64,000 nt of DNA, from contig CAWBGA010000001.1 in the NCBI GenBank assembly GCA_963788195.1, positions 128,001-192,000 on the forward strand. Reading direction: 5' to 3'. The notes under the pieces are model-generated. The model made no database searches. It saw only the letters and a program-made list of their open reading frames with translations, and was not told the DNA's origin. Position numbers and translations under genes: made by a program. Position 1 is the stretch's first letter. Every line of letters begins with the position of its first letter. Shown piece by piece: positions 53,453 to 62,546 of this stretch. The stretch comes from Nitrospirota bacterium. Lineage in GTDB: Bacteria > Nitrospirota > Nitrospiria > Nitrospirales > NS-4.

Positions 53453-53623
53453 ATGCCAATCGATAAGGAGTTGCTGGCCATTCTGGCGTGTCCGAAGTGT
53501 AAGGGTGACATTCATTTGAATGAAAAGGGGGATGGGCTCCTCTGCAGTGCCTGTAAACTGATGTATCCGATTAAGGATGATATTCCTGTCATGTTAGTGG
53601 ATGAGGCGATTCCCATCACGTGA
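53453..53623 (+). CDS. Trm112/YcaR family protein
   Basis: LL.ILACPKCKG...L.C..C.L.YPI.DDIPVML.DEA with SD GGAGG. Confidence 0.92.
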   Translation: MPIDKELLAILACPKCKGDIHLNEKGDGLLCSACKLMYPIKDDIPVMLVDEAIPIT

Positions 53624-54639
53624 ATATTTTGCTTGTAAGACCGGACGGGATTGGGGATGAAATTCTGTCGCTTCCCGTCGCAACGGCGCTCCGCCGACTG
53701 ATCCCGGCTGCCCGGTTGAGCTTTCTGTCCAGTTCATACGCCGCGCCCGTCCTGTGGCACCATCCGGACGTGGATGAGGTGCTCACGCTCAAGGGGGGAG
53801 AATCCTTTCGTGAACTCGTACGATTGTTCCGGGGAGGATTCGACGCGGTCATCTTCCTCAAGCCGTTCCGAAAACTTATTGCGGCCGCGTGGTTTGCCCG
53901 CATTCCACTGCGCGTGGGCACCGGGTATCGGTGGTATTCATGGCTTTTGAATCGCCGCATATACGAGCACCGCAGCGACTTCACAAAGCATGAGAGCGAC
54001 TATAATGTTGGTCTGCTGCGCGGCCTCGGCCTCGATCCCGGCCAGGCACGGCCTCCGTCCGTACATATCACCAAGGAAGAACTGGCGTGGGCAGAAAAAC
54101 TCTGGGGGGCCGCGACGACACGGATTATCGTGCACCCGGGAGGTTTTTCCAATCGCCCGTGGAAGGATGGACACTTCCGAGACCTCGTCGTAAGGTTGGG
54201 CCAAGAGCGATATGAAATAGTACTCACGGGAACGGCGGGTGAAGGGGAACGATTTCGATCTGCCGCAGGGGTGACCCAATGGCCAACGACTGTGCGGGAT
54301 CTGATGGGAGCACTCAGCCTGCGTCAGTTAATGGCTGTTATCGCAGCAAGCCATGCGGTCGTCTCGATGAGCACGGGGCCGATGCATCTGGCGGCCGCTC
54401 TCGGTGTGCCGACCATCAGTCTGTTTGATCCGAGGCGAAACAGTTCCCCAGTCCGCTGGCAGCCCTTAGGGCGCGGAATCGTTCTCGTGCCCGACGTGCC
54501 CACGTGTGAAAAGTGTATCTACGAGGCGTGCCCTTATTGGGACTGCCTCGATCGCATTACCCCCGAGACCGTGGTCCGACGTATTCGACAGGTAGTCCTG
54601 CCGGCGACTCCCGACACTCTCGTGGTGGGACGTGTCTAA
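53620..54639 (+). CDS. Glycosyltransferase family 9
   Basis: R.D.IGD..LSLP, VHPG and STGPMHLAAALG.P. Confidence 0.9.
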   Translation: MNILLVRPDGIGDEILSLPVATALRRLIPAARLSFLSSSYAAPVLWHHPDVDEVLTLKGGESFRELVRLFRGGFDAVIFLKPFRKLIAAAWFARIPLRVGTGYRWYSWLLNRRIYEHRSDFTKHESDYNVGLLRGLGLDPGQARPPSVHITKEELAWAEKLWGAATTRIIVHPGGFSNRPWKDGHFRDLVVRLGQERYEIVLTGTAGEGERFRSAAGVTQWPTTVRDLMGALSLRQLMAVIAASHAVVSMSTGPMHLAAALGVPTISLFDPRRNSSPVRWQPLGRGIVLVPDVPTCEKCIYEACPYWDCLDRITPETVVRRIRQVVLPATPDTLVVGRV

Positions 54640-55402
54640 GGTGTCGGCCTATGTCCTTACTTACAATGAAGAGGACAAGATACGCGCTGCTTTGACAAGC
54701 ATCACATGGGCCGACGAAATCGTGGTGCTTGATTCGCACAGCACTGACGGTACGCTCTCCATTTGCCGCGAGTTCACGGAAAAAGTGTACCAATGCGACT
54801 TTGAGGGTTTCGGAAAGCTTCGAAATCGCGCGTTGGAGTTTGTCACCCACGACTGGGTGCTAAGCCTCGATGCCGACGAGCGAGGGACCGTGGAATTGAG
54901 GGATGAAATTAAGACTGAGTTGGCACGGGGTCCGCGAGCCGAGGCCTTCTTTGTTGCTCGTAAGAATCTTTTTCTTGGGCGCTGGATAAAGCATGGAGGC
55001 TGGTATCCGGATTATCGTCAGCCGCAGTTTTTTAACAAGCAGCGCTTTCGCTACCAGGAGGATCTCGTCCATGAAGGTTATCAGGTTGATGGCCGCATCG
55101 GCTATCTTCAGGCCCATGTCATGCAAGTGCCCTTCCTTGATCTTGGCCAGTTCCTCCGAAAAATGAGCCGGTATTCGACGTTGATGGCCGAGCAAATGGT
55201 ACAACGGGGAAGACGATTTCATGTCCATCAGCTCGTCAGCCATCCGCTCTTCACCTTCTTGAAAATGTACGTGGCTCGGCAGGGGTTTCGGGACGGGATG
55301 CCGGGCCTGATCTTGGCGCTGCTGTACGCCTATTACAGCTTCGTCAAATACGCGAAGCTATGGGAGCGAACCCGCGCGACGATCGGAAAGGCCCAACAAT
55401 GA
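54632..55402 (+). CDS. Glycosyltransferase family 2 (WaaE/KdtX-like)
   Basis: T.NEE..I, DS.STDGT, LDADE, GWYPD, VHE and GFRDG..G. Confidence 0.9.
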   Translation: MSKVSAYVLTYNEEDKIRAALTSITWADEIVVLDSHSTDGTLSICREFTEKVYQCDFEGFGKLRNRALEFVTHDWVLSLDADERGTVELRDEIKTELARGPRAEAFFVARKNLFLGRWIKHGGWYPDYRQPQFFNKQRFRYQEDLVHEGYQVDGRIGYLQAHVMQVPFLDLGQFLRKMSRYSTLMAEQMVQRGRRFHVHQLVSHPLFTFLKMYVARQGFRDGMPGLILALLYAYYSFVKYAKLWERTRATIGKAQQ

Positions 55403-56127
55403 AAGGTGTCATTCTTGCAGGAGGTCTGGGCAGCCGCCTGTATCCTCTAACCAAGGTGACCAACAAACATCTGTTGCCGATCTATGATAAACCCATGATC
55501 TACTATCCCATCCAGACCCTGGTGGACGCGGGGATCACGGACATTCTGATCGTGACGGGCGGTACCAGCGCCGGGGACTTTTTGCGCCTTCTTGGCAACG
55601 GGAAGGACTTTGGCCTGCAGCATCTCAACTACACCTACCAAGAAGGCGAAGGGGGCATCGCGGCGGCTTTGGGGCTTGCCGAGTTCTTCGTGCACCACGA
55701 ACCGGTCTGCGTGATACTTGGTGACAACATCATCGAGCGGAACATTTGGGGGGCGGTGCAGGCCTACGAAAAGCAGGGAGGGGGCGCCAAGATTCTATTG
55801 AAGGAAGTCAAGGACCCGCAACGGTTCGGGGTCCCGGTCTTTGAAGGAAATCGCATCATCCGTGTTGAAGAGAAGCCCACGGCTCCAAAGTCCGCGTATG
55901 CGGTGACCGGTATCTATTGTTTCGACCACGAGGTCTTCGACATTATCAGAACCCTGAAGCCTTCCGCGCGCGGCGAATTGGAGATCACGGACGTGAACAA
56001 CGCGTATATCGAACGAGGCCTCATGACGTGGGATTCTTTGGAAGGCTGGTGGACGGATGCCGGGACGTTTGAATCGCTGAGCGCTGCCGGCAACCTTGTT
56101 GCACAAACGGGGGCTAATAAGGCTTGA
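55399..56127 (+). CDS. rmlA: Glucose-1-phosphate thymidylyltransferase (short form)
   Basis: LAGGLGSRLYPLT...NKHLLPIYDKPMIYYP, LGDN, PSARGELEITD and W.DAGT. Confidence 0.9.
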   Translation: MKGVILAGGLGSRLYPLTKVTNKHLLPIYDKPMIYYPIQTLVDAGITDILIVTGGTSAGDFLRLLGNGKDFGLQHLNYTYQEGEGGIAAALGLAEFFVHHEPVCVILGDNIIERNIWGAVQAYEKQGGGAKILLKEVKDPQRFGVPVFEGNRIIRVEEKPTAPKSAYAVTGIYCFDHEVFDIIRTLKPSARGELEITDVNNAYIERGLMTWDSLEGWWTDAGTFESLSAAGNLVAQTGANKA

Positions 56128-56139
56128 GACGGCAAGGGT

Positions 56140-56700
56140 ATGCGCTTTCTTGACACGCCCCTAAAGGGGATCATCCTCATCGAGCCCGATGTCCATGAGG
56201 ATCAGAGGGGATACTTCCTGGAATTGTATCATGCGGACAAGTATGCCAAGGCGGGGCTGCCGTCTCGGTTCGTTCAGGACAATTTCTCAAAATCCGTATA
56301 CGGGGTCCTGCGGGGCTTGCATTACCAACGGAGGCATCCTCAAGGCAAACTCGTGACGGCAATGGAAGGGAAGATCTTTGACGTCGCGGTGGACATCCGG
56401 CAGGATTCATCGTCCTTTGGGCAGTGGTACGGTGTCGAGCTCTCCGCCGAAAACAAGCGGCAGGTCTATATTCCGCCGGGTTTTGCTCATGGCTACTGCG
56501 TTCTCAGCGAGACGGCATCGGTCATGTACAAATGCACCGAGTTTTACGTCCCCGACGACGAGGGCGGGATCATCTGGAATGACCCGGGGATCGACATCGC
56601 CTGGCCTATTACGGAGCCGTTCCTCTCATCGAAGGACCAACTGAATGCCACGCTGGCGCAAAGTGAATTGCAGCTGCCGGGATCCTGGAAAAGGGGCTGA
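56140..56700 (+). CDS. rmlC: dTDP-4-dehydrorhamnose 3,5-epimerase
   Basis: D.RG.F.E, QDN.S.S..GVLRGLHYQ, DVAVDIR and GFAHG. Confidence 0.96.
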   Translation: MRFLDTPLKGIILIEPDVHEDQRGYFLELYHADKYAKAGLPSRFVQDNFSKSVYGVLRGLHYQRRHPQGKLVTAMEGKIFDVAVDIRQDSSSFGQWYGVELSAENKRQVYIPPGFAHGYCVLSETASVMYKCTEFYVPDDEGGIIWNDPGIDIAWPITEPFLSSKDQLNATLAQSELQLPGSWKRG

Positions 56701-56707
56701 CCAAGCA

Positions 56708-57721
56708 GTGCGAATTTTGGTCACGGGGGGGGCAGGATTTATCGGCTCGCATTTTTTGCGACTTCTATTGACGCGGAATGATGTAGAGCGTGTGGTGAAC
56801 CTGGATGCTCTTCGATATTCCGGAAACCTTGAGAACTTGCGTGACGTCACGCCGGATCCACGCTATCGGTTCGCTCATGGCGATATCTGCGACGCGCCGA
56901 CCGTGGAAGGCCTCCTCAAGGAGCATCAAGTCGACACGATTGCTAACTTTGCCGCCGAGACCCATGTTGACCGCTCGATTCTTGAACCGGGAGGATTTGT
57001 GAGGACCGATGTGATAGGCACCGCGGTCCTCTTGGAAGCCGCCCGCGCGGCGGGGGTTCGCCGGTTTCTCCAGGTCAGCACTGATGAGGTCTATGGCGAT
57101 GTCTCGACAGGCCGATCCAAAGAAACGGACGCCGTAGTCCCTCGCAGCCCCTATGCGGCGAGTAAGGCCGCCGGCGATCTCCTGGTACGGAGTTATTTCA
57201 CGACGTACGGTATGCCGATTCTTATCACCCGAGGCAGCAACACCTTCGGTCCGAACCAATACCCAGAAAAATTCATTCCCCTTTTTGTGACGAACGCGCT
57301 GGAGGACCAGCCGCTTCCACTGTACGGCGATGGCCTCCAGGAGCGGGAGTGGGTCCATGTGGAGGATCACTGTGCGGGGATCGCGCATGTCCTCGATCAG
57401 GGGATGCCCGGAGAAATCTATAATATCGGCGGCGGGCGTGAACGACGCAACATTGATCTGGCGCAGGCGATCCTGAAGATTTTGGGAAAGCCCAACGCCC
57501 TCATCCGTCATATCACAGACCGCCCGGGCCACGATCGCCGGTACGCACTGGATTCTGAAAAAATTCGCACACTGGGCTGGCAAACCCGCGCGCCATTCGA
57601 GGAAGCGCTAGAAAGCACTGTGTTTTGGTACCGGGACAACCCGGAGTGGTGGGGGAAAATAAAATCGGGCGAATTCCGCGACTACTACCAGAAGCTCTAT
57701 GGCGCTCGGCTGAGCACCTGA
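56708..57721 (+). CDS. rmlB: dTDP-glucose 4,6-dehydratase
   Basis: TGGAGFIGS, AAETHVDRSI, STDEVYG, YAASK and DRPGHDRRY. Confidence 0.96.
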   Translation: MRILVTGGAGFIGSHFLRLLLTRNDVERVVNLDALRYSGNLENLRDVTPDPRYRFAHGDICDAPTVEGLLKEHQVDTIANFAAETHVDRSILEPGGFVRTDVIGTAVLLEAARAAGVRRFLQVSTDEVYGDVSTGRSKETDAVVPRSPYAASKAAGDLLVRSYFTTYGMPILITRGSNTFGPNQYPEKFIPLFVTNALEDQPLPLYGDGLQEREWVHVEDHCAGIAHVLDQGMPGEIYNIGGGRERRNIDLAQAILKILGKPNALIRHITDRPGHDRRYALDSEKIRTLGWQTRAPFEEALESTVFWYRDNPEWWGKIKSGEFRDYYQKLYGARLST

Positions 57722-57724
57722 GTC

Positions 57725-58603
57725 ATGCGTATTCTTCTGACGGGGGCGAGCGGCCAACTGGGGCATGAGTTGCAAAAGGAGCTTGCGGGGAACGACTTTG
57801 TGTGTGCCGATCAGAGGCGCTTTGAACTGACGGATCTGAACCTCGCTCAGAAGATCATCGAACAACGCCCCGAGACCATTATCCATGCTGCGGCATACAC
57901 CGACGTCGATGGATGCGAACGCGATCCTGACACCGCCTTTCGGGTCAATGCCCAAGGGACACGGGTTGTCGCCGAAGCGGCGGCAAAAATCGGCGCCCGC
58001 CTCGTGTACATATCCACGGACTACGTCTTCGATGGGATGAAGAGCGAACCCTATGTTGAGAGTGATTCCGTGAATCCTCTGAATGCCTACGGCCGATCGA
58101 AGCTGCAGGGAGAAGAGGCGGTTTTTTCTGCGTGTCCAGAGTCGCTTGTGGTACGTACCTCTTGGATGTATGGGGCGCATAGAAAAAACTTTGTCAAAAC
58201 GATCCTGCAACTGGCCGCGAAGCAACCCGAGATCCGGGTTGTGAGCGACCAGCATGGCAGTCCCACGTATGCCCGGGAACTTGCCGTGGTCATCGTGGGT
58301 CTTCTCCGGCACGAAGCGCGAGGGATCGTCCATGCGGGTGGGGAAGGCGGCTGCTCCTGGCATGAATTTGCCTCGGCCATATTGGACGAAGCAGGGATCC
58401 GGTGCCGCAATGTTCCGATTACGACGGCGGACTCTTGCCGGCTTGCGCCTCGACCGAGGTACTCTGTCTTATCGACGGATCGACTTCAATCATACGGCCT
58501 CCGGCTCTCTCCGTGGCGCAGCGCATTGAAACGCTTCATGCAAGAGTATGCGACGGTTCAGGAGGTTGCTCGATACGCTCGGGACCCCGCGCGCGAGGTC
58601 TGA
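57725..58603 (+). CDS. rmlD: dTDP-4-dehydrorhamnose reductase
   Basis: GASGQLG, AAYTDVD, STDYVFDG, YGRSK and DQ.GSPT. Confidence 0.96.
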   Translation: MRILLTGASGQLGHELQKELAGNDFVCADQRRFELTDLNLAQKIIEQRPETIIHAAAYTDVDGCERDPDTAFRVNAQGTRVVAEAAAKIGARLVYISTDYVFDGMKSEPYVESDSVNPLNAYGRSKLQGEEAVFSACPESLVVRTSWMYGAHRKNFVKTILQLAAKQPEIRVVSDQHGSPTYARELAVVIVGLLRHEARGIVHAGGEGGCSWHEFASAILDEAGIRCRNVPITTADSCRLAPRPRYSVLSTDRLQSYGLRLSPWRSALKRFMQEYATVQEVARYARDPAREV

Positions 58604-58612
58604 TCCTGCGGC

Positions 58613-59656
58613 ATGGCGAAGATTCGAGTGCTCCAGGCATGCAACCAGCTTGGCATTGGCGGGACGGAGAAAACGATTCAGATTTTCTCCAAGTACCTGA
58701 ACCGTGACCGCTTTGAGGTTTTTGTCTGCGGGCTAAGGGCCGGTGGCTCGCGCGTGGAAGAATTGGCGGGGCTCGGCATCACCGCGATTATTCAGCCGCC
58801 GGATCTGGATCGAGTAATTCGGGATCTCGCGATCGATGTCTATCATATCTATCGGGCGGGGGATCATGAACCTGGGACGTTGCCTTCCAAGCGCCGCGGC
58901 TGGCCCAAGATCGTGGAGACCAACGTTTTTGATGCCATCGATCCACTTGGTCATCCTCTGATCGATGCGCATGTCTTTTTTTCCGAATGGTGTCGGACCG
59001 ATTATCTGGGGGCGTACGGCCGGTTCCACGGCAAGCGCTATGAAGTTCTGTACGGCCCGATCGACTTCGACGAGTTCCCGCGCGCGCGGCGCGAGTTCGG
59101 CTGGACCATCGGGCGTTGCAGTCGCCCGGACGATCAGAAATGGCATCCGGTGTGTATCGAGATGTTGCCGAAGGTCTGGCGTAAAGCGCCTCAGATGCGG
59201 TGCCGATTCCGGGGGACGACACCGCGGGTGCGGGCGCATCTTCAAAGGCTCGGCATCGAAGACCGCGTCGAATTCTCTGAGCCGGCGCTCGGCGTGGCTG
59301 AATTTTACCGCGGTCTGGACATTTACACTCACGGTGCGCGAATCGGAGAAGGCTATGGGGTGGTTCTCGCCGAAGCCATGGCGAGCGGCCTGCCGGTTGT
59401 GACGATTGCGACCCCACAGAAGAAAAAATGCAACGCCCAGGCGGAAGTCGTGGATCACAACGAGACCGGCTTCGTAGTCCGGTATGCGTGGCAATACGCC
59501 GATGCCGTGATCGAACTCCTGCAGAACCAGGCCTTAAGGGAGCGCTTCGGGCAGCGCGGATACGAGAAGGCACGCGATCAGTTTGAAGCGGCGAAGCTGA
59601 CCCGCAAGCTCGAACAGTTGTACACTGACCTGATGGATACGGCGCGGACTCCATGA
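58613..59656 (+). CDS. Glycosyltransferase family 4
   Basis: GGTE N-terminal motif, EGYG.VLAEAMASGLPVV and ETGF. Confidence 0.88.
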   Translation: MAKIRVLQACNQLGIGGTEKTIQIFSKYLNRDRFEVFVCGLRAGGSRVEELAGLGITAIIQPPDLDRVIRDLAIDVYHIYRAGDHEPGTLPSKRRGWPKIVETNVFDAIDPLGHPLIDAHVFFSEWCRTDYLGAYGRFHGKRYEVLYGPIDFDEFPRARREFGWTIGRCSRPDDQKWHPVCIEMLPKVWRKAPQMRCRFRGTTPRVRAHLQRLGIEDRVEFSEPALGVAEFYRGLDIYTHGARIGEGYGVVLAEAMASGLPVVTIATPQKKKCNAQAEVVDHNETGFVVRYAWQYADAVIELLQNQALRERFGQRGYEKARDQFEAAKLTRKLEQLYTDLMDTARTP

Positions 59657-60498
59657 CCCTCAGCGGATTCACGTTTTGTCGCAACATGGTGCGTTACGAC
59701 TATCCTGTCGTGGAGTCGATCCGGTCGATTCTGCCGATCGTCGATGAATTTGTCGTGAATGTGGGACGATGCGAAGACGGCACCCTGGAACTGATCCAGT
59801 CAATAGATAATCCGAAGATTCGCATCGTGGAGTCGGTGTGGGACGAAACGCTGCGCAAGGACGGAATCATCTATTCTCAGCAGACGAACATCGCGCTCTC
59901 CCATTGCGCCGGTGATTGGGCGTTTTACCTCCAAGCCGATGAAGTCATCCATGAACAGGATTTGCCCCGAATCCTTGAGGCGGTCACGTCGAATGACGGA
60001 AACCCGGAGGTGCGGGGGCTACTCTTTCGTTACCTGCACTTTGTGGGTGACTACTGGTCGCTCAATCCCTGGTTCTATCACAAGGCTGTTCGCATTATTC
60101 GTAATGATGGCAGGGTGGAGTCGTGCGGGGATGCGGTCGGCTTTCAACTCAAAGCGACCGGGCAGTATCTCCAGAGTGGACCCGCGGAGTGGCTCGCGAC
60201 CTCTGGAGCCCGCGTCTTTCACTATGGATGGGTGAAGGACCCCAAAACCATGTTAGCGAAGAAGCAGGAGCAGACAAAGGTCTATCATGGAGATGCACCG
60301 CCGGTCTCAGAGGCAATACTCTATGATCAGGACACCTTTAATTTTGATGATTACTCAATTCTGAAAGAGTATCGCGGAAGCCATCCGGCTGTGATGCATT
60401 CGAGACTTGAGGCGCCTCGCCATCGACGGGCCCGACGCAATCGCTGGCTGAACTGGCGGTTCTATCGCGAGGTGGCGCGTCGGGGCTTCCGGGGCTAA
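59653..60498 (+). CDS. GT-A fold glycosyltransferase (GT2-like)
   Basis: SGFTF.RN...DYP..ESI.S, YLQADE and HYGWV. Confidence 0.82.
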   Translation: MTLSGFTFCRNMVRYDYPVVESIRSILPIVDEFVVNVGRCEDGTLELIQSIDNPKIRIVESVWDETLRKDGIIYSQQTNIALSHCAGDWAFYLQADEVIHEQDLPRILEAVTSNDGNPEVRGLLFRYLHFVGDYWSLNPWFYHKAVRIIRNDGRVESCGDAVGFQLKATGQYLQSGPAEWLATSGARVFHYGWVKDPKTMLAKKQEQTKVYHGDAPPVSEAILYDQDTFNFDDYSILKEYRGSHPAVMHSRLEAPRHRRARRNRWLNWRFYREVARRGFRG

Positions 60499-60570
60499 AA
60501 ACCATGCCGAAGTACTTACGTGAGATCATCGCCCTCTAAAACCACGCTTATGGGTGACGAATCGCGAAAT

Positions 60571-61359
60571 ATGCAGACTATCGCAGGCATCGTCATTACA
60601 AAAAACGAAGAACGAAACATCCGTGCTTGCCTCGACAGCCTTCGGTGGGTCGACGAATTAATTGTGGTGGATGCTGAGAGCACGGATCGAACGGCGGAGC
60701 TGGCGCGGGCCTATACTGCGAAAGTCTTTGTCCGGCCCTGGCCGGGCTATGGACCTCAGAAAAACTTTGGCATGGAACAGGCCACAACCGATTGGATTCT
60801 GATCGTGGACGCCGATGAGCATGTACCACAGGAGCTACGTGAAGAAATCCGTGGTGCTCTCCAAGAGGAGATGAATCACTCATTTTCGTCCCCCCCTGGC
60901 GCCTATCGTCTTCCACGTCGCAATTATTATTATGGACGCTGGATTCGTCATGCCAATCAATATCCGGACCTGCAGCTGCGGCTCCTGCGGTGCAAAACGG
61001 GCCGTTATAACGATCTACCGGTCCACGAGCACTTGGAGGCCGCCGGTCCAGTGGGAGAACTGAGAACCGCGCTTTATCATCATACCTCCCCGACCGTTGT
61101 GTCCCATGAGCTCAAGATCGAGCGGTACAGCACGCTCGCAGCCTATGAACGTCGCACTGCCGGACGATCTGACGCGTTCTGGTACCATATGATCTTCAAC
61201 CCTGGCTGGACATTCGTGAAGCTCTATCTGCTCAGGCAGGGCTTCCGGGATGGCCTTCCCGGATTCCTCATGTGCGCATTTTCCAGCGCGCACGTGCTGC
61301 TCAAATATGCAAAGCTTTGGGAGCAGCAACATGGCGGTGGTCGAAAGGTTCCGAGCTGA
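60571..61359 (+). CDS. Glycosyltransferase family 2 (WaaE/KdtX-like)
   Basis: ITKNEE.NI, D.ESTD.T, VDADE, YPD.Q.RL, VHE and GFRDG.PG. Start 60520-60571. Confidence 0.9.
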   Translation: MQTIAGIVITKNEERNIRACLDSLRWVDELIVVDAESTDRTAELARAYTAKVFVRPWPGYGPQKNFGMEQATTDWILIVDADEHVPQELREEIRGALQEEMNHSFSSPPGAYRLPRRNYYYGRWIRHANQYPDLQLRLLRCKTGRYNDLPVHEHLEAAGPVGELRTALYHHTSPTVVSHELKIERYSTLAAYERRTAGRSDAFWYHMIFNPGWTFVKLYLLRQGFRDGLPGFLMCAFSSAHVLLKYAKLWEQQHGGGRKVPS

Positions 61360-61454
61360 AATTTCTTTTGTTGCGACGGCCCTGCCCTGTATAATCCCTC
61401 AGCCGCAAAGCACATCATCATGGGCATACAACCCGAAATGGACGTGTCACGGGC

Positions 61455-62546
61455 ATGCGCATCCTGTTTATTACCGACGACCATCTTGATTATGCAGCTG
61501 ACCCACTCTATGTCGGTCTTCGACGGGTCGTGGGCGACGGTATGGTCGTGGATTACCCCTACAAGGCTTGCTTTCATGAGAGCGACCAAGTGCCGTGGTA
61601 TCTGGTGCCTAGCCCCGGACGGTCCTGGACGCGGGAGGAGATCCTGGACCGCCTGCGTGAGAAATATTTCGATCTGGTCTGCCTCGCATCGTTTCGTCAG
61701 GAAAGTCTTGAAGAATGCGCGGAGCTTTACAGGCAAGCGCCGTTTCCCCCAATGGTCTTTATCGACGGCAGCGATGACGCCCACATTCGTCATGAACTTC
61801 CAGCCCGTTACCCCATCCGGGTTTACTTCAAGCGGGATTACATCTGGAAGATGGGAAGCTCGTGGAACGATCGCACGGCATTGCTTTGGAAGTTCCGAGG
61901 AGATCGAGACCTGTTCGGCCGCACCGTACCCTTACCACTGTCTCTTGTGATGGAGACGCTGCCGGCATTTCCTTATATCGAGAAGAACATCGACGTCTCG
62001 TATCGGGGTCGCGCGTCACACCCTCGACGGCCCATGGCGGTTGCGATTCTATCCAGGTTAGACGGAATCCGCTTCTCCGGGGGTGTGTACGCCAGCCCCG
62101 GTGACCGCAGGTACAAATTGAAGCCCGGGGGTGTTCAGCGCGCATGGACGAAGCTCTTCGACAACCGCCCCGCCCCTGCGACCGATCAGCAACTGAAGCA
62201 CGAGCCGCAGGCCTATTACCGCGAGCTTGCGTCCTCGAAGATCGCCCTACACGTGAGAGGAGGAGGACAGACAGCGACACTTCGCTATTTCGAGATTGTC
62301 GGCATGGGAGCCATGCTCCTTTCCGATGCGCCGGAGGTTCTCATCCCGCAGGATTTTGTGGATAGGCGTCACGCAGTGTACTGCCGGCCGGATCTTCGGG
62401 ATCTTGAATCGCTGGTTCGGCACTATCTCCGGGAGGATGCTGAGCGTGAGGCGATCATCAGGGCGGGGCGTGCACACCTCTCCCAGTACCATACCTGTGA
62501 GCGCCGCGCCGAGTATTTTCTTGATGTGTGCGCGAGGATGTTGTGA
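61455..62546 (+). CDS. CgeB-like glycosyltransferase (GT-B)
   Basis: C-terminal Y...LA.SKI.L...G.G..T.R.FE, I...GR.H....HT...RA. Confidence 0.75.
   Translation: MRILFITDDHLDYAADPLYVGLRRVVGDGMVVDYPYKACFHESDQVPWYLVPSPGRSWTREEILDRLREKYFDLVCLASFRQESLEECAELYRQAPFPPMVFIDGSDDAHIRHELPARYPIRVYFKRDYIWKMGSSWNDRTALLWKFRGDRDLFGRTVPLPLSLVMETLPAFPYIEKNIDVSYRGRASHPRRPMAVAILSRLDGIRFSGGVYASPGDRRYKLKPGGVQRAWTKLFDNRPAPATDQQLKHEPQAYYRELASSKIALHVRGGGQTATLRYFEIVGMGAMLLSDAPEVLIPQDFVDRRHAVYCRPDLRDLESLVRHYLREDAEREAIIRAGRAHLSQYHTCERRAEYFLDVCARML

Noticed and set aside
53077..53459. ORFs 53077-53337, 53121-53459 and 53175-53384
   Set aside because: They are translations of the repeat element, with no recognisable domain or SD.
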